Positions 50,431 through 62,914 of a DNA stretch of 64,000 bases are shown piece after piece. The DNA is from Octopus sinensis (Eukaryota): positions 48,360,001-48,424,000 of the forward strand of contig NC_043015.1 of NCBI RefSeq assembly GCF_006345805.1, written 5' to 3'. The position numbers and the translations under genes are program-made. Each line of letters begins with the position of its first letter. The stretch's first letter is position 1. The notes below the pieces were generated by a model. It saw only the letters and a list, made by a program, of their open reading frames with translations. It was not told the DNA's origin and made no database searches.

Positions 50431-51451
50431 TGATCACTTTGACAGAGTAATATGAGTACTAAAGGGTTAAGATATTAGGTTAGTGGTCTACATTATCTAA
50501 AACAGTCTACTATTCCATGCTTGTATGAATCAGACAAATTTTCTACAACCAGGTACCCTTCCTGTTGCCAACCTTCACCTGTTCCCAAGCAAAGATATTT
50601 CCCTTTGGGCAGACATGCTTTTCATTGAAGAGTGGAAATGAACAACTTCGCTTGTTTGATGATAATGATGCTCATTACAGCCATCATGTGATGTCTAGAC
50701 TTCTAACAGTTTCCATCGACCAATTCCACTCATTAGACTTTAGGTAACTAGGAGCTGTAGTAGAAGATACTTGCATAGTGGAGACTGAACCCAAGGCCAC
50801 ATGGTTGGAAGGAAACCTTCTTAACCACACAGCCACACTTGTATCTATCTGCCAGAAAAAAGTGAATGTGTGGAGTGTGTATACATGCAGGTTTTTTATC
50901 ATCATAAGTGTTTTAATGTCTACTTGTCTACACTTGCAGGAGTCAGACCAGACTGTATATTAAGGCAGGATTCTCTATGATTGAATGGCCCTCCTGATGC
51001 CAATTTTCCCTATTTCTAAGCAAAGTAATAATCCTTCAGTGTATCAAACAAACAAACCTGAAAGTTACACAGGGAACTGTGAAAGAAAAAAGAAAAAAAA
51101 TCACATGTATTGAATAGCGCAAGCTATTTTGTTCACAACAGGTGCCCATGTCAAGAAGCGCGGACATGATTTCACAGTGGACTTGCAAGCAATGGGCATT
51201 GAACTCACATATCTTCCTTTCTCATTCCTCCCTTGCCTACTGCATTATTGTGCACGGCCAAGTAGTTATGTGGGTCACACTAAATCTCCCTGAGAACTGT
51301 GTTAAGAGAATATATGGCTGTGGAGTGCTCAGTCACTTGCACATTAATTTCATGAGCAGGTTGTTGTTGATCGGATCAACTGGAAGCCTTGTTGTAACCA
51401 CCAGAGGGCCAATCAGTACTCAATCTCTCCTACCTACCCACCCCATCTCAT

Positions 51452-51880
51452 ATAATAATAATAATGAAATTGTGTATAGTGCTCATGTACAATACATAGA
51501 ATTATGTACAAAAGCCAGGAAAGTTAACGGTGTAGGAGTCATGATATACATGTGTATGGAGGGGGGGTATATCAGGTGTAGTGTTGGCAAATCTCAGGAA
51601 GCATGGAAGTTTTAAAGGATGCAATGTCTTGGCAACAAACAACTGATGCAGGTAGTTTGTTCCATACTTCAGCAACTCTGAGTGTGAAAAAAATGTTTCC
51701 AAAAGTCATGGGAGCTGTGCTGTTTTCTGACTTTGTAGGCATACCCATGTGTGTTAGACACATGGAGCTCAAAAAGGTGCTCAAGGTGGTTGTTGGTGCA
51801 GTGGTTAATAATTTTGTGGGTGTTTACTAAGTCAGTTGCCAGATGTTGGAGCTTCAATGTAGCTATGCCCAGGGAATCTA
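51452..51880 (-). mobile_element. CR1-like LINE 3' end
   Basis: LGIATLKLQHLATDLVNTHKIIN...THGYAYKVRKQHSSHDFWKHFF(fs)TLRVAEVWNKLPASVV..FKTSM; (TTA)n tail. Confidence 0.85.
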
Positions 51881-51894
51881 TGCAATAAACACTG

Positions 51895-52790
51895 AAAATG
51901 TGCAGAAAACAGGTTCCATCAAATGCCAGGGGGAAGAACTAGAAGTAGTTGATAGCTTCCATTACCTAGGAGACCAAGACAGTAGCAGGGGTGGTTGCTC
52001 TGAGAGTGTAGCTGCTAGAATAAGAATAGCTAGGGCAAAGTTCAGAGAGCTCCTACCTCTGCAGGTAACAAAGGGTCTCTTGCTCAGAGTGAAAAGTAGA
52101 TTGTATGACGCATGTGTGCAAACAGCCATGCTAGACGGCAGTGAAACATGGACAGTAACTGCTGAGGACATGCGCAAGCTTGCAAGAAATAAAGCTAGTA
52201 TGCTCCACTGGATGTGTAATGTCAGTGTGCATACACGACAGTGTAAGCGCACTGAGAAAAAAGTTGGACGTAAGAAGCATCAGATGTGGTGTGCAAGAGA
52301 GACGACTGCACTGGTATGGTTATGTGTTGCATATGGATGAGGACAGTAGTGTGAAAAAGTGTCACACCCTAGCAGTGGAGGAAACCTGTGGAAGAGGCAG
52401 ACCTAGGAAGACCTGGGATGAGGTGGTGAAGCACAACCTTCAAACATTGGGCCTCACGGAGGCAATGATGAGCAACGAGACTTTTGGAGATATGCTGTGC
52501 TTGAGAAGACCCAGCAATGCCAGTGTAGCATAACCAGTCGATTTAAGAGCACCCTTCAATCATTGGGCAATAAACTGTGCTTGAGAAGACCTGTTGAGTC
52601 AAGTGAAATCATTGTCGTGGCCGATGCCAGTGCCGCCTAACTGAATCCCATGCCGTTTGCACATAAAATGCACCATTCGAGCATGGTCGTTGCCAGTGTC
52701 TCCTGACTGGTTCCCATGCCAATGGCACGTAAAAAGCACCATTCGAACATGGTCACTGCCAGTGCTACCTGACTGGCTCCCATGATCTGC
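51895..52790 (+). mobile_element. RTE-clade LINE 3' portion (RT C-terminus and 3' UTR), frameshifted
   Basis: EVVDSFHYLGD..RIRIARAKFREL..RLYDACVQTAMLDGSETW..(fs)RRLHWYGYVLHM..GRGRPRKTWDEVV, followed by GTGGCACGTAAAAAGCACC subrepeats. Confidence 0.92.
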
Positions 52791-52799
52791 TATGTTATA

Positions 52800-53035
52800 A
52801 GGAAATGAACATATCAACAACTGGTTGTCAAGTGATGGTGGTGGGACACACACACACACACACACACACACCAGGTTGCTTTCAATTTCCGTGTATCAAA
52901 TCCACTCATAAGGCCTTGATTGGTTTGAGACTATAGCAGAAGACTCCTGCCGAAGGTGCTAAGTAGAAGGACTAAACCTGGAATCAATGTGGCTGGGAAG
53001 CAAACTTCTTACCACACAGCTACACCTGTGCCTAG
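52800..53035 (-). mobile_element. Older family A SINE
   Basis: Reverse-complement head, core and (TG)n. Confidence 0.7.
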
Positions 53036-56000
53036 ATAAAAATTTCATCCAAAAGGCTAACATTTCTCTTTCAAGACATAAAAATACTTCAGCACTGATC
53101 AACCGCTGCCCCACAATAAAACTCAAGTAATACCCACAGTGGTCCAGTTCCTGTGAACAAGGCAAAGCTGCTGCTAGGCACACAAAACATCTTAGATTGC
53201 ATCCAAAAGGCCAACCAACTAATTGGTGAAGTGTATTGATGTACTGTTGACTTGTCTGGGCCTATACTATCATTACTACAAACACTTCTATTATCTGAAG
53301 AGTTACCACCACCAAAATTACCCGACACACCTACCTTTGCACCTCTCACCACTCCTACTGTTACAAGCACCAATGACTGCTCTTCCAAGAAGGAAACGAG
53401 TTTTGATTAATGACACTAAAATACAACTGAGATAACGAAGAATGTCTTGCACAAACAGGAACAACACAGAAATGTGTAAAATGACTTAGTGGGTAAACCA
53501 TTTGTTGAGAAACAAAGACTCCTGGTTCAAATGAAGCCTACATGCATGTTCATCTAGGAATAAATGACACCTGAGGACCATCTAAGAGTGAACTCTGAGC
53601 ACTCACTCCACAGCCACAGATTCCATTAACGAAAATACTCTGCAGATTATAAAATTTATCTTAACCATTTCCTGTTATTAACCAATCAAATTTTTCTAAC
53701 CACCATTGAAAACACCAAGTATGAAGTAAATATATAAATAATATTAATTATAATAATCAAGTTTAATTTATATAAAATATAGGATCATTAATTTGATACT
53801 ATTAATGAATCAGAACAGAAAAGTAGGGCTTTTCTTTCTTATTTTATAGAAAGGCAACAAGGTTAGTAACGGAAATCAAGAGAATTATAACTCCTGTAAT
53901 GCCAAACCACCTGAAAATACTCCTAGTTCGATGATATTAACTCTGTTTTAAGTGATCTACATTAAAAAAAATAATCTAAAATTCATGTTGATTTATATTC
54001 CAAATAGCAGCTTAATACTTACAGTTATTTTATTAAATTTATCATTTTCAAAATTAATCAAGACAAAAGCAGTATATTTCAACAGAAATATGGGAACGAA
54101 AAAGCATAATAATAGAGAAAAATCTTATTAATGATAATGAATAATAAACCACTAAAATAATTGATAAATTTTCAAACAGGTAAACAAAAGCTATCTTAAT
54201 CACAGGACAGAAGAGATAGTAGTAGTTACTTATATGAATCGATTACTACAATTTACAGTGTATGTTTATTAGAGACATGCAAACAGGTCATTAAAAGTTC
54301 TAGACAGTTAGACGGTGTGGTCTTCATAATCTACATTATGTATTCGGTTAACCAAGTATTTTATTTTTTTAAATAAATGAAACAAAACATTAACAATGAA
54401 TAAAACTATAATACTGGACAGTGAAAAATTGAAATAAAATGGACTATCTGCATAGTGACAATAATTTCAGTTGCTAAGGAGCCCTTCTCTCTCTCTATAT
54501 ATATATATATATCTCAGAAATGGGGCGATTACTTCGTGGAGAAAAATCGAGGAGCAAAATATAAATGGTTGTTATGTGAAAGAAGTATAGAAGTTTCATT
54601 GTAGAACAAATGTGTTAAGTCTTTGACTAGATGCCAACATCGAAAAAGTAGACAAAAACAATAGTGATATATATATATATATATCTAAATAGAACAGCTG
54701 ATGGGATACTTGTTGTGGATTATATTGCATCATAAGTACTGAGAAGACAACAAGATATGAACTTTTTCGCTATCAAATACATATACTGATCGATTCTTCA
54801 ATGATATACTTGTCAGGAAAATTTTAAAACATCCTACGACAGACATTGAGATTACTTCAAATTTAATTTCTAAACACGTCCGGAGAAGTTGTTGAAATAA
54901 GAATATTAAATGTTAGTTACTCCAATTAAACAAACCCATATTGGGGTAGATGGTTGGTAACGACAACTTTCTATAGGAACTGAACTCCCATATTTTCGTA
55001 CAGAGTTGTAATAGTATTGTTGCTATACAGACAGCATCAGTTCAATTTATGGCAGTCCACAACTAGATAAAAGCAACTGGAGTTTAATTAATAAATATTT
55101 AAAAACAATTCCCCACCCCTGTCACTCGCATTTATCGTGTTGCCTAATCTATGTTTGTTTTCAAGCCAATATACTTAAATACAGGTTTTACTGAACTATT
55201 TACTTTAAATACTAAAGAAAAAAAAACTAAAATAAATTCTGGATTGCGATTATTCTTGTACTGAATGTGGCCATTGTGTAGACAAGGCACATAACTCTAT
55301 TGGCCAGCTTGGTATCTTAGCTCTAGAATTAGTTAGTAGTAATTAGTAATCCAAGATAGAGAACAACAACAATCAGTTTTATTATAACATTTGTGGAACC
55401 CACCATCAACAACGCAAAACATCTAAAACTAGCAGAAAAAAAAATTGCAAAAAAATATATTGGACGGGATCCTTTGTTTGAATATACTTTTATCCTTAAA
55501 ATACAGCTGCTAAGTAAACAATAACTTTCAACCTATTATTATTATTATAACTATTATTAAGTGGTTATATTTTGGGGAAAATATTGGCAAACGATAAGTT
55601 ATTTAAAACCTCGTCTCTCGTTGACAAACTACACTCAAGGAAGCACAGTTAAATGCAAATAGAAATATGGAGACAAAATGTGCGTATTATGTTTCGTTGT
55701 GTTATTTTAGTTCCACCAAAGCCATTTTATTTCTGTAAAACAAATGGCATAATCCTTAATAATACCAAAAGTTGTGTCAACAACAAGTTATCAGTATTGA
55801 ATAGCCATGTGACAGGTTTATGCACTATTGGAGAGGTTTTATGGTGATTAATGGGCACTGTATTAAGGTTGTTCCTGTTTAAATCATTTAACGATAACAC
55901 ACTATATATATACCTATATACATACATACACACACACACATATATAAATATATATATATATCCCATGCAATGTCGCAACATCTAAGCTTTGGAACACCTT

Positions 56001-57611
56001 CCTGCACAACTAAAAAATCGGCCGTGAAACACGAACATTATTATTATTATTAAAACAATTCTAAAGAAACTTAACGAAAATTTTGTTTTTACCCAACTGA
56101 AAAAACTTAAATTACATATATTTTTTAATGGGGAGGGGGGGACCGAGGTGTGAGATGCCAGGTCTCAGTGGTTTATAATAAAGGTACCAAAATAATGAAG
56201 ATGATAACCTGAGGATCGTTAAAAGTAGGGAGTATTGGCCATCGTTTCTATAACAAGTGACTGGAGACAATGCAGTAAATTTTTTCACATCCCATGTTCA
56301 GAAAGAAATCGTTTATATTCTTGAATAATAGAGGCGCATTACATAAAAATAGCGACATTTTTGATGTGATTTTTATACTGAACAACCATTTTTGAAGTCA
56401 GTGCGACATAAATGATTGTTTAAAATTTTTTCTTTTATTGATAGTAAAGAGAAGAGGGTGATTATTTTAACCAAGAGAGAAAATGTCAAAAGTTAATAAT
56501 TAAAATAATAAATCGCAGAATGACAAGAGGAATATTAAAGTAAAAAACTGACAAATTAAAACAAACCTAAGAAACAAGAGAATCAGATATTTTTTGGGGG
56601 GAATTTTTTTTTAGAAAATATCTCGACACCAGGAACAAGGGGGAAAATACATAAAGTTCGAAATCAAAGTGCCATCCCCTAATAAAGACTTCATTAACAG
56701 ATGACAATAAAAGGACTGGAGGGATGTTTTTTAAATAAAAAATAACCCGTTGACGAAGTGAACAGTTTTGTTAAGATGTTAAGAGTATATAATAAAATGT
56801 TTGAGTGAAGCTTCGTCACACCTAATTATTTAAAAGAAGCAAGTTGCCCGTCTTTATCTGGTCTTGAAAGAAAAAAAAAACTATTCCGTCTTTTGTAATT
56901 ATGTGTTAAATGTTAAATGTTATAAAACGAATCAAGACATTTACAAGTAATTTTATAAGTTTATTTAATTTTTAGGAAAATAGGAGGATCTGAAGAATTA
57001 TATAAAAACGTAGGAATCGGGTTTTTTTTTTTTTTCTGAAGATATTAATCGTTGAAGAAACTATCGAGTGTTTGAGACGTAATCATATAAAAAAAAAAGA
57101 GAGAATTGTTCTTCCTTAGACATACCACATGTAACAGACAGAAGCTCATAGAAAGCATGGATGTCTTTCCATTTTTTTAAACATGGACAAAACATTCCCA
57201 CCCTAAGCCTTTTACAGCTATTCGTTGATATATTTAAATTGAAACGTGTTAAAACGTGTATTTTACATTCATTATGAAGCAAAATACCTCTGATATGTTC
57301 GTTTTTCTGAAATCACTAACGAACGAAATAGACCACATGCTTTGCTAAATCGATTCTTCTATTTGCGATTTTAGACAGACTTTGCAGAAAAAGTGATAGA
57401 TTATACGCAATTCAGAACAAGACTATTGGATTATTTTGAACATAATGTTCCTAAAAAAGAATATATGTTAACAGGAAGATTCATTTATTGAGATTTATGA
57501 AGTATAAAAGGAAGAAAAAGCGAGCGAAGTGGCGGAGAGTTGATATAGAAGCCTAAGAACAGAAAGGAAAATGATAAAGAATACAAACATATAGGTTATC
57601 ACGGCACTTAC

Positions 57612-57677
57612 CTCAGCATCTTTTCCTTTGTTTTTAAAAAGATGAGCCCTGCCTTTGAGATTAGGATCAGATGCCAT
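57612..57677 (-). CDS. KPNA3: Importin alpha-3/4 exon 1: MASDPNLKGRAHLFKNKGKDAE
   Basis: ATG in AAAGATGG context, GAG|GTAAGT donor, 66 nt. FKNKG.D IBB start. All 14 exons sum to 1548 nt (515 aa plus stop). Co-ortholog of vertebrate KPNA3/KPNA4. Confidence 0.95.
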
Positions 57678-57790
57678 CTTTATCAATAAATTTAAATAAA
57701 AGTATGACCTTCTAAAAAGTTTCGAAGGGATTTCAAAATGCCGGCCTTCTCATCACGCAGAGTGAACCAAGGCGAGATGTAAAGCTTTAT

Positions 57791-57800
57791 CTGATTGGCT
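57791..57800 (-). promoter_or_regulatory. CCAAT box (NF-Y site) of the KPNA promoter
   Basis: AGCCAATCAG on the minus strand, about 115-120 bp upstream of the ATG, in a CpG-retaining patch. Confidence 0.6.
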
Positions 57801-59169
57801 CACGGGAACGAGGTTGGCCACTCTGCCATGTGCTACCATACATTGCTGTGCCCATGGCCACCTTGGCTTCCAACACTTTTCTTTCAATACCTCACTCACC
57901 AACTGCCATAATACTATATCACTTATAAAAGTGTTGATTTATTTAATATTAAATACGCCTTCATTAACAATTTTCCTTATTTTATATCCCATATATATAT
58001 CGCTCTAATTTAAATATATATATATATATACATATATGTGTTTTCCCTATTTACGTTTATAATTCAAATTCCTAACCAGTCAAGCCTTACATTTATCATT
58101 TAAAAAGTGAAGCAGTCGAACGAAGAAAGCCAGCCAGTGGCATTATTAGACGGCTTTTATATTCAACTTTTACGTCAGTTGCTACATTACGTGACTTCAG
58201 ATCTTTTGAAAGTAAATTCAATATGGAAAACTATTTTTTTTCTTTTTCTTTCTTTCTTCGACTGGTCATAAAGCTAATTTTAGCAAGAGAATTGGTTACG
58301 ATAAATTTCAATTCAGTTGGTACTTTATCGAAATAGAAGACGTGAAAACTCAAAAGTTGATGACGACACAGTAAGAACAACGTTAGAGGGAAAAGACAAA
58401 ACTGGAAAGCACATTCTATTATTTTTCTCATTATTAAAAAAAAAATTATAGACTTCAAAATGATTTTGTTTATGTTTAGAAGGTGGTTTTTGTCTCAAAG
58501 TCTTTCAAGCTATCATACTATTCAGAAGTTTTGATAAACGAATAAATTTAATTCCGTTTATTAAACGTCTGAGAAGAGTTGTTAATACGATTATAAATTT
58601 CTGGGCGATTAAACCTTATGTTTCGATTGTGTATTTATATCTACACTTCATCTCTACCGCCGATCGTCTCGTCAGCTGTTTTATTCTTGGACGTATGCAA
58701 GGATTCAGACTGGATTCGAAACCTTGGAAGTTAGCCTGGGACCAGACATGTATGGGAGTAAAACACTGGGTAACTATCGGCGATTGAAATGGGTTGTAGA
58801 AATAAATAAGGCGTAAAAGGTGGGAAATCACGGTCTGATAAATTCAGTTACTGACTATTTTTGATATGGGCATGCTAGCGGGACGGGGACGGGGTTCGTA
58901 TGGGTACAGAAATGCTTTGGGAAAGGAGACGATCAATGAATTGAGAAGAAATATCTCTTTTTCTTTCTCTCTTTTGTTTTTTTCTTTTACGTAAGTTAAT
59001 CCGGAAAAAGATTGATCAACGCCCATTATCTTCTCGTACTCTCAAACACTTGGTGAAAAGAGTTTAATTCAAATTTTTAACTGGCTTAAAAAGCACACAC
59101 GCACGCACACACATACACACAACCCGCTATATATATATTACCTTTTTTTTATATATATCTAACTTATTG

Positions 59170-59560
59170 AATTATGGCCATACTGGGGCATCACCTTCGA
59201 GAGTTTGGTTGAAGAAATCAACCTCAATACTTATTCCAACCGAACCGTCAAGTTATGGCGATGTAAACAGAGTAACCTCGGTTGTCAAGTGGTGTTGGGG
59301 AAACGAACACAAAAACACACACACCATCATCGTCATCATCTTTTAACGTCTGTTTTTCAAAGTAGCATAGACTGGACGGTTCGACAAGAGTTGACAAGTC
59401 AGAAGACTGCACCAAGCGCTGCCGTCTGCTTTGCATGGTTTCTATGGTCGGATGCTCTTCCAGACGCCAACCATTTTACAGAGTGTTCTGCATGCTTTTT
59501 GCATAGCACCAGCAACAGTGAAGTTACCAAGTAACTTGCAAGACAAGACCCCTTCCATTG
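59170..59560 (-). mobile_element. Degenerate family A SINE tail and RTE 3'-tail repeat
   Basis: TATGGCCATACTGGGGCATCACC.. and CATCATCGTCATCATCTTTTAACGTC.. motifs. Confidence 0.6.
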
Positions 59561-60905
59561 AAGTGAGAGTAGTTCTGAAAGACATAAAAATGTGTCTTGT
59601 TGTAGAGAAGAAACATGGCTACCTCAGGTGGAGCGAGAGAGCTGGGAGAGAGAGAGAATATGGTGGAGATGAGACGATGGAGGGGTAGGTGTATGGGGTG
59701 AAAACAGACGAAGAATTGGTGTGTGTAAAGTTCATGGGGTTAGCGAAAGGAAAATGGGGGGAATGCAGTGAGTGGGCATAATTAGAGGAAAGAGGATATG
59801 TTGTGGGAAATAGATTTGACTGGGACAGTGCAGGTAGGTTCGTGAGGGAGAATGAATATATATATCTGTATCTATAAAAAGCATGATGTGTGTACGTGAA
59901 TGTAATTTATGCACGTCCACAAATTAGCACGCATGTCGCTCCAATTTTAGGAGGATATTCGTCACCAACCTACCTGGGTTTTGTCAACTTATTTTTTTCC
60001 CAAGGCACCCGTGGATAGCGGTAAAAATCTATTTTCAACCATAGCTTTTACCAATTTTGAAGGTTGATAACATGAGTTAAGTCCCTTCTAGCCATAGCCA
60101 AGCGAAAGTGTGTGTGTGTGAGGGAGAGAGAGAAGTTGTGTTAATGTATGTGTGTGTGTGTGAAGGAGAGAGAGTGTTTCAAAGCATCTAACAAAAAAAG
60201 TAAAGAAAAAGTATGTATAAGGGGGAGTGGGAGATAGTTTGACAGCATCTAACAAAAAAAATAAGATAAAGGAAAGTGGGAGAGAGGCAGAGAATTTGGA
60301 CAAAGTGAGAGAGAGAGAGGGGGGAAGAGTAAGTGACAGCATCCATAAAAAATATAATGTAAAATGTTTTGTTTTTTCTTAAACACGAGATATAGTGTTC
60401 AAATTCAGGATGTTTTTGAAAGACACTATATTTTATAATCAGCTTATATATACTTTCTCACACAACAATTGAAATATATTTATTTTAAATCGTTCATCTT
60501 TCTCCCACCCCTCTTTCACACACACATTACTTTGGGTGTGAAAGAGTTTTGTTTTTATTTTACACTGAGTAAAAAAGTGTTTTGTTGAGAATCCATTTAT
60601 TTAAGAACAAAGAAACAAAGAGGTAGGTAAAGTTTGTCAGTGAATTACACAATATAAATAAGTAGAATTTCCGAGGCTTCCACCACACCCACTCCGTTTT
60701 ACGGACCGCAAAAAGAGTTTTGTAGCATATTAGGAGGCCAGAGTAGTTGATTCTATGCAAAAAAAAACGATTTTTTTTCTTAGTGAAAATCGTACAAGTG
60801 TTAATCTAGAAATTTACCAACATTTTTTCCATTCATTTCTGTTTATGAACATGTATGTGTGCAAAAAACATATGCAATAGGTGTACGTACGTACTTGTGT
60901 GTTGC

Positions 60906-60907
<2 letters not shown>

Positions 60908-60940
<33 letters not shown>

Positions 60941-61060
60941 AATTTCAACGGATTTCGCCCAAATTTGCCATCGATATTACTTAGTTTGGTTTGAAATAAA
61001 GAACTTGACTAGCTTAATAATCGTAACTTAATCACGGGCAAAGCTGGGTTATACTGCTAG
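60908..61060 (+). mobile_element. Short Helitron-like element
   Basis: (TA)n start; ends CACGGGCAAAGCTGGGTTATACTGCTAG|T, sharing ATACTGCTAG with the other Helitrons. Confidence 0.5.
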
Positions 61061-61363
61061 TATATATATATGATTGTCAAGGATTTATCATCCCAGTTCT
61101 CCGGTTTATACCAGTTTTCAATGAAAACTAATTATATTAGTTTTACAAATATATATTATAGGTATTTAAAATATTTATGAATGAGAAAAGGAAGAAAATT
61201 GAGAAATTGACACACAGACATCAGTTTATTCATGAATATTCAAATACACACACACACACACATAATTTCATTATATGGATTTGAATATCTTTGGTAAAAA
61301 TTTTTTGCATAATGAGATAAAAAAACCAAGGCTGTGTAGATATTAGAAAATTTATAGATAGAA

Positions 61364-61418
61364 GGTCTTACAGCTGTTTCCGGGATATTTATTAATTATA
61401 TCCCTTCATCGGAGATGG
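61364..61418 (-). ncRNA. Minimal type I hammerhead-ribozyme-like motif, probably in a Penelope-like element end
   Basis: Minus strand: TCT-CCGATGA-A-GGGATAT(AATTAATAA)ATATCCC-G-GAAA-C(AGCT)G-T-A-AGA. Stem I 3 bp, core with U4C, 7-bp stem II, palindromic minimal stem III, GUA cleavage triplet. Confidence 0.6.
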
Positions 61419-61499
61419 TGTGAGGGGATGGTTAAGTAATAGATATATATATATATCTTTTTTTATTTTTGCTTGTTGCAAAAGTCAGCAACTACATAC

Positions 61500-61506
61500 A
61501 TACACT

Positions 61507-61565
<59 letters not shown>
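61500..61565. repeat. Compound (CA)n(TA)n microsatellite
   Basis: Direct reading. Confidence 0.95.
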
Positions 61566-61571
<6 letters not shown>

Positions 61572-62914
61572 TTTTAGAGATAAATTTTCTCTATATTAAG
61601 GACACACCAAAGCGCTCAAGACTTTTGAGCCATAAGAAAAATGATGAGAAACAAACGATGGATTACCAATAAAATATATTCCATTATAAAAATATCATGT
61701 GCACAAAATCGTACAATAAATAAATATATATATACAGATATTACAATCTGTAAGTTGATGATCGAAATGAATTTGTTCCTCCATTTTCTTATTTGTATTA
61801 TGAATTTACGGTAAAATAGTTTACCTTCACCCATCCATAAATGAATTAATTGCATTGCAATTATAAGCATTTATGTATTTAGTATTTGGGTACTTCACCA
61901 GCAGTATATTGGATATCAGATATTCCATAGTGGGTTACCCTCATAACCCCTTTCAATCATCAACTTCCAGATAATACCAATTCATATAATTTATTAACTA
62001 ATTAATTAAATAGGAACATCCAAATCCAACAGAATAAGACAGAATAAAACAATATACATCAATAAATAGGATAATACCATATAAATAATACATATAAAAT
62101 GGATCTTACAGCTGTTTCAGCCTGTAGATAAGGGTATCTCATTATGTTCATATTAGTCATATGTATTGAGGTAATATGCAGTTGGTTACAATCATAACCC
62201 CTATCTCACTTTGCACTATATATATATATCCAAATTGATGGAGTGGAATAGCCAAAGCTTATGATACAATTGTTATGCAATAACCTCTACTCGCTGTAAC
62301 TAATCATCAAGTCGAGATTACCTTTAAGAAGACAACATTGTCGCATAGAATTTCTAAGTTGGCCAAAATACAACAGTGAGTTCAACCGAATAAAAAAGCT
62401 AGAATTAAAAAATATAAACAAAAAAAATTAAAACAATCAAAACAGTAAGTTTGAAGGGCCAATGAGCAATATAACAAATGTGAGGCCCAAAATATACGAG
62501 ATGTAGGTAAGCATGCCTGTGTACTGGCACCTTAATCTCAACTCCTTCACACCTTTACCTATGTAAATTTGGACAACAGCATTTTTGTAGTCCACTAAAA
62601 GGTGTCATCACTTCTCGACAAGATTTTTATGGACACAATATTATTCCTCATAATGGTAACGATCCTTTTCTTTTTCTTTTCTCTTCTTGCTTTCCTTCTC
62701 TTTCTCCTTTTCTTCCCACTTAACTTAGTAATAATCCCGTCGTCTATAGGAAGAGGGCATGAAATTTTGAGGGTGGGGGGGGCTTAGTCAATTACTTTGA
62801 CCCAGCGCTCAACTGGTACCAAAGTCATCTTTAGCAGAATTTGCATTCAGAACATTAAGACAGATGAAATGCTGCTAAGCATTTTGTCTGGCATGCAATA
62901 ATAATAATAATAAT

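Noticed and set aside
58613-58831. ORFs upstream of KPNA3 as a divergent protein-coding gene
   Set aside because: They are short, show no recognisable similarity and have no consistent splice structure. The region is kept only as a possible regulatory island.
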